This document shows, one piece after another, positions 63,834 to 64,000 of a stretch of DNA of 64,000 bases. The notes below the pieces were generated by a model. The model searched no databases. It had not been told where the DNA came from and saw only the letters and a program-made list of their open reading frames with translations. Position 1 is the stretch's first letter; every line of letters begins with the position of its first letter. The stretch comes from Labrenzia sp. (GTDB lineage: Bacteria; Pseudomonadota; Alphaproteobacteria; Rhizobiales; Stappiaceae), in assembly GCA_051805445.1 (NCBI GenBank), contig CP196552.1:4844408-4908407 (forward strand). The letters are read 5' to 3'. The position numbers and the translations under genes were made by a program.

Positions 63834-64000
63834 ATGAAAACTGGAACGGACTTGAAGACGATGGACACCAAATCCTCCTCACTTCAGGCGCAGCCGCTGC
63901 TGGCAGCGCTTGCCATGGTCGGCGCAGGCGCCTCATTTGCGCTCGTAAATGGCGCCCTGCAGGCATCGACGATGCGGCTCGGTGTGCCCTCTACTTCGGC
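63834..64000 (+). CDS. RFN-regulated membrane protein, 5' part only (candidate riboflavin transporter)
   Basis: The frame stays open to the window edge: MKTGTDLKTMDTKSSSLQAQPLLAALAMVGAGASFALVNGALQASTMRLGV... The hydrophobic N-terminus sits directly downstream of the riboswitch. An alternative start is the ATG at 63861. Confidence 0.6.
   Translation, partial: MKTGTDLKTMDTKSSSLQAQPLLAALAMVGAGASFALVNGALQASTMRLGVPSTS

Overview
This is a chromosomal window from a moderately GC-rich alphaproteobacterium. Gene order, adk sitting between secY and rpsM, and the EF-Tu/RpoB/RpoC sequences fit a Hyphomicrobiales/Rhodobacterales-type genome; the species cannot be named from the sequence alone. Nt 1-34.9 kb lies entirely on the + strand and is the transcription/translation super-cluster: tuf copy 1 (cut by the window edge), tRNA-Trp, secE, nusG, rplKAJL, rpoBC, an insertion of about 2.9 kb (a small, very acidic ORF plus an sCache-type chemoreceptor), rpsL, rpsG, fusA, tuf copy 2, then the S10/spc/alpha ribosomal operons (rpsJ to rplQ, including secY, adk and rpoA). 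The second half mixes core and accessory genes: a dCache chemoreceptor, an HtrA/DegP protease, rarA, a class III nucleotidyl cyclase divergent from a large patatin/DUF3376-type phospholipase, crcB, an RluA-family pseudouridine synthase, an IMPase-family protein, an unlisted 56-aa membrane ORF and a membrane-anchored YkuD/Tlde1-like protein. These are followed by a HAD hydrolase, an ATP12 chaperone, a small GIY-YIG gene bracketed by REP-like hairpins, mgtE and the four-gene ATP-grasp/alpha-E/transglutaminase/Anbu operon. The window ends with pccB and pccA separated by three opposite-strand secreted Cys-containing ORFs (two are tandem paralogs), a GGDEF-EAL protein with a degenerate SDEF site, and a clear FMN (RFN) riboswitch ahead of a truncated membrane-protein gene. 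I saw no rRNA, CRISPR array, IS element, integrase or prophage genes. The best candidates for poorly understood biology are the Anbu operon, the cyclase/patatin pair, the acidic-ORF plus MCP insertion between rpoC and rpsL, the REP-bracketed GIY-YIG gene, and the secreted paralogs inside the pcc locus. None can be called a new system from sequence alone.
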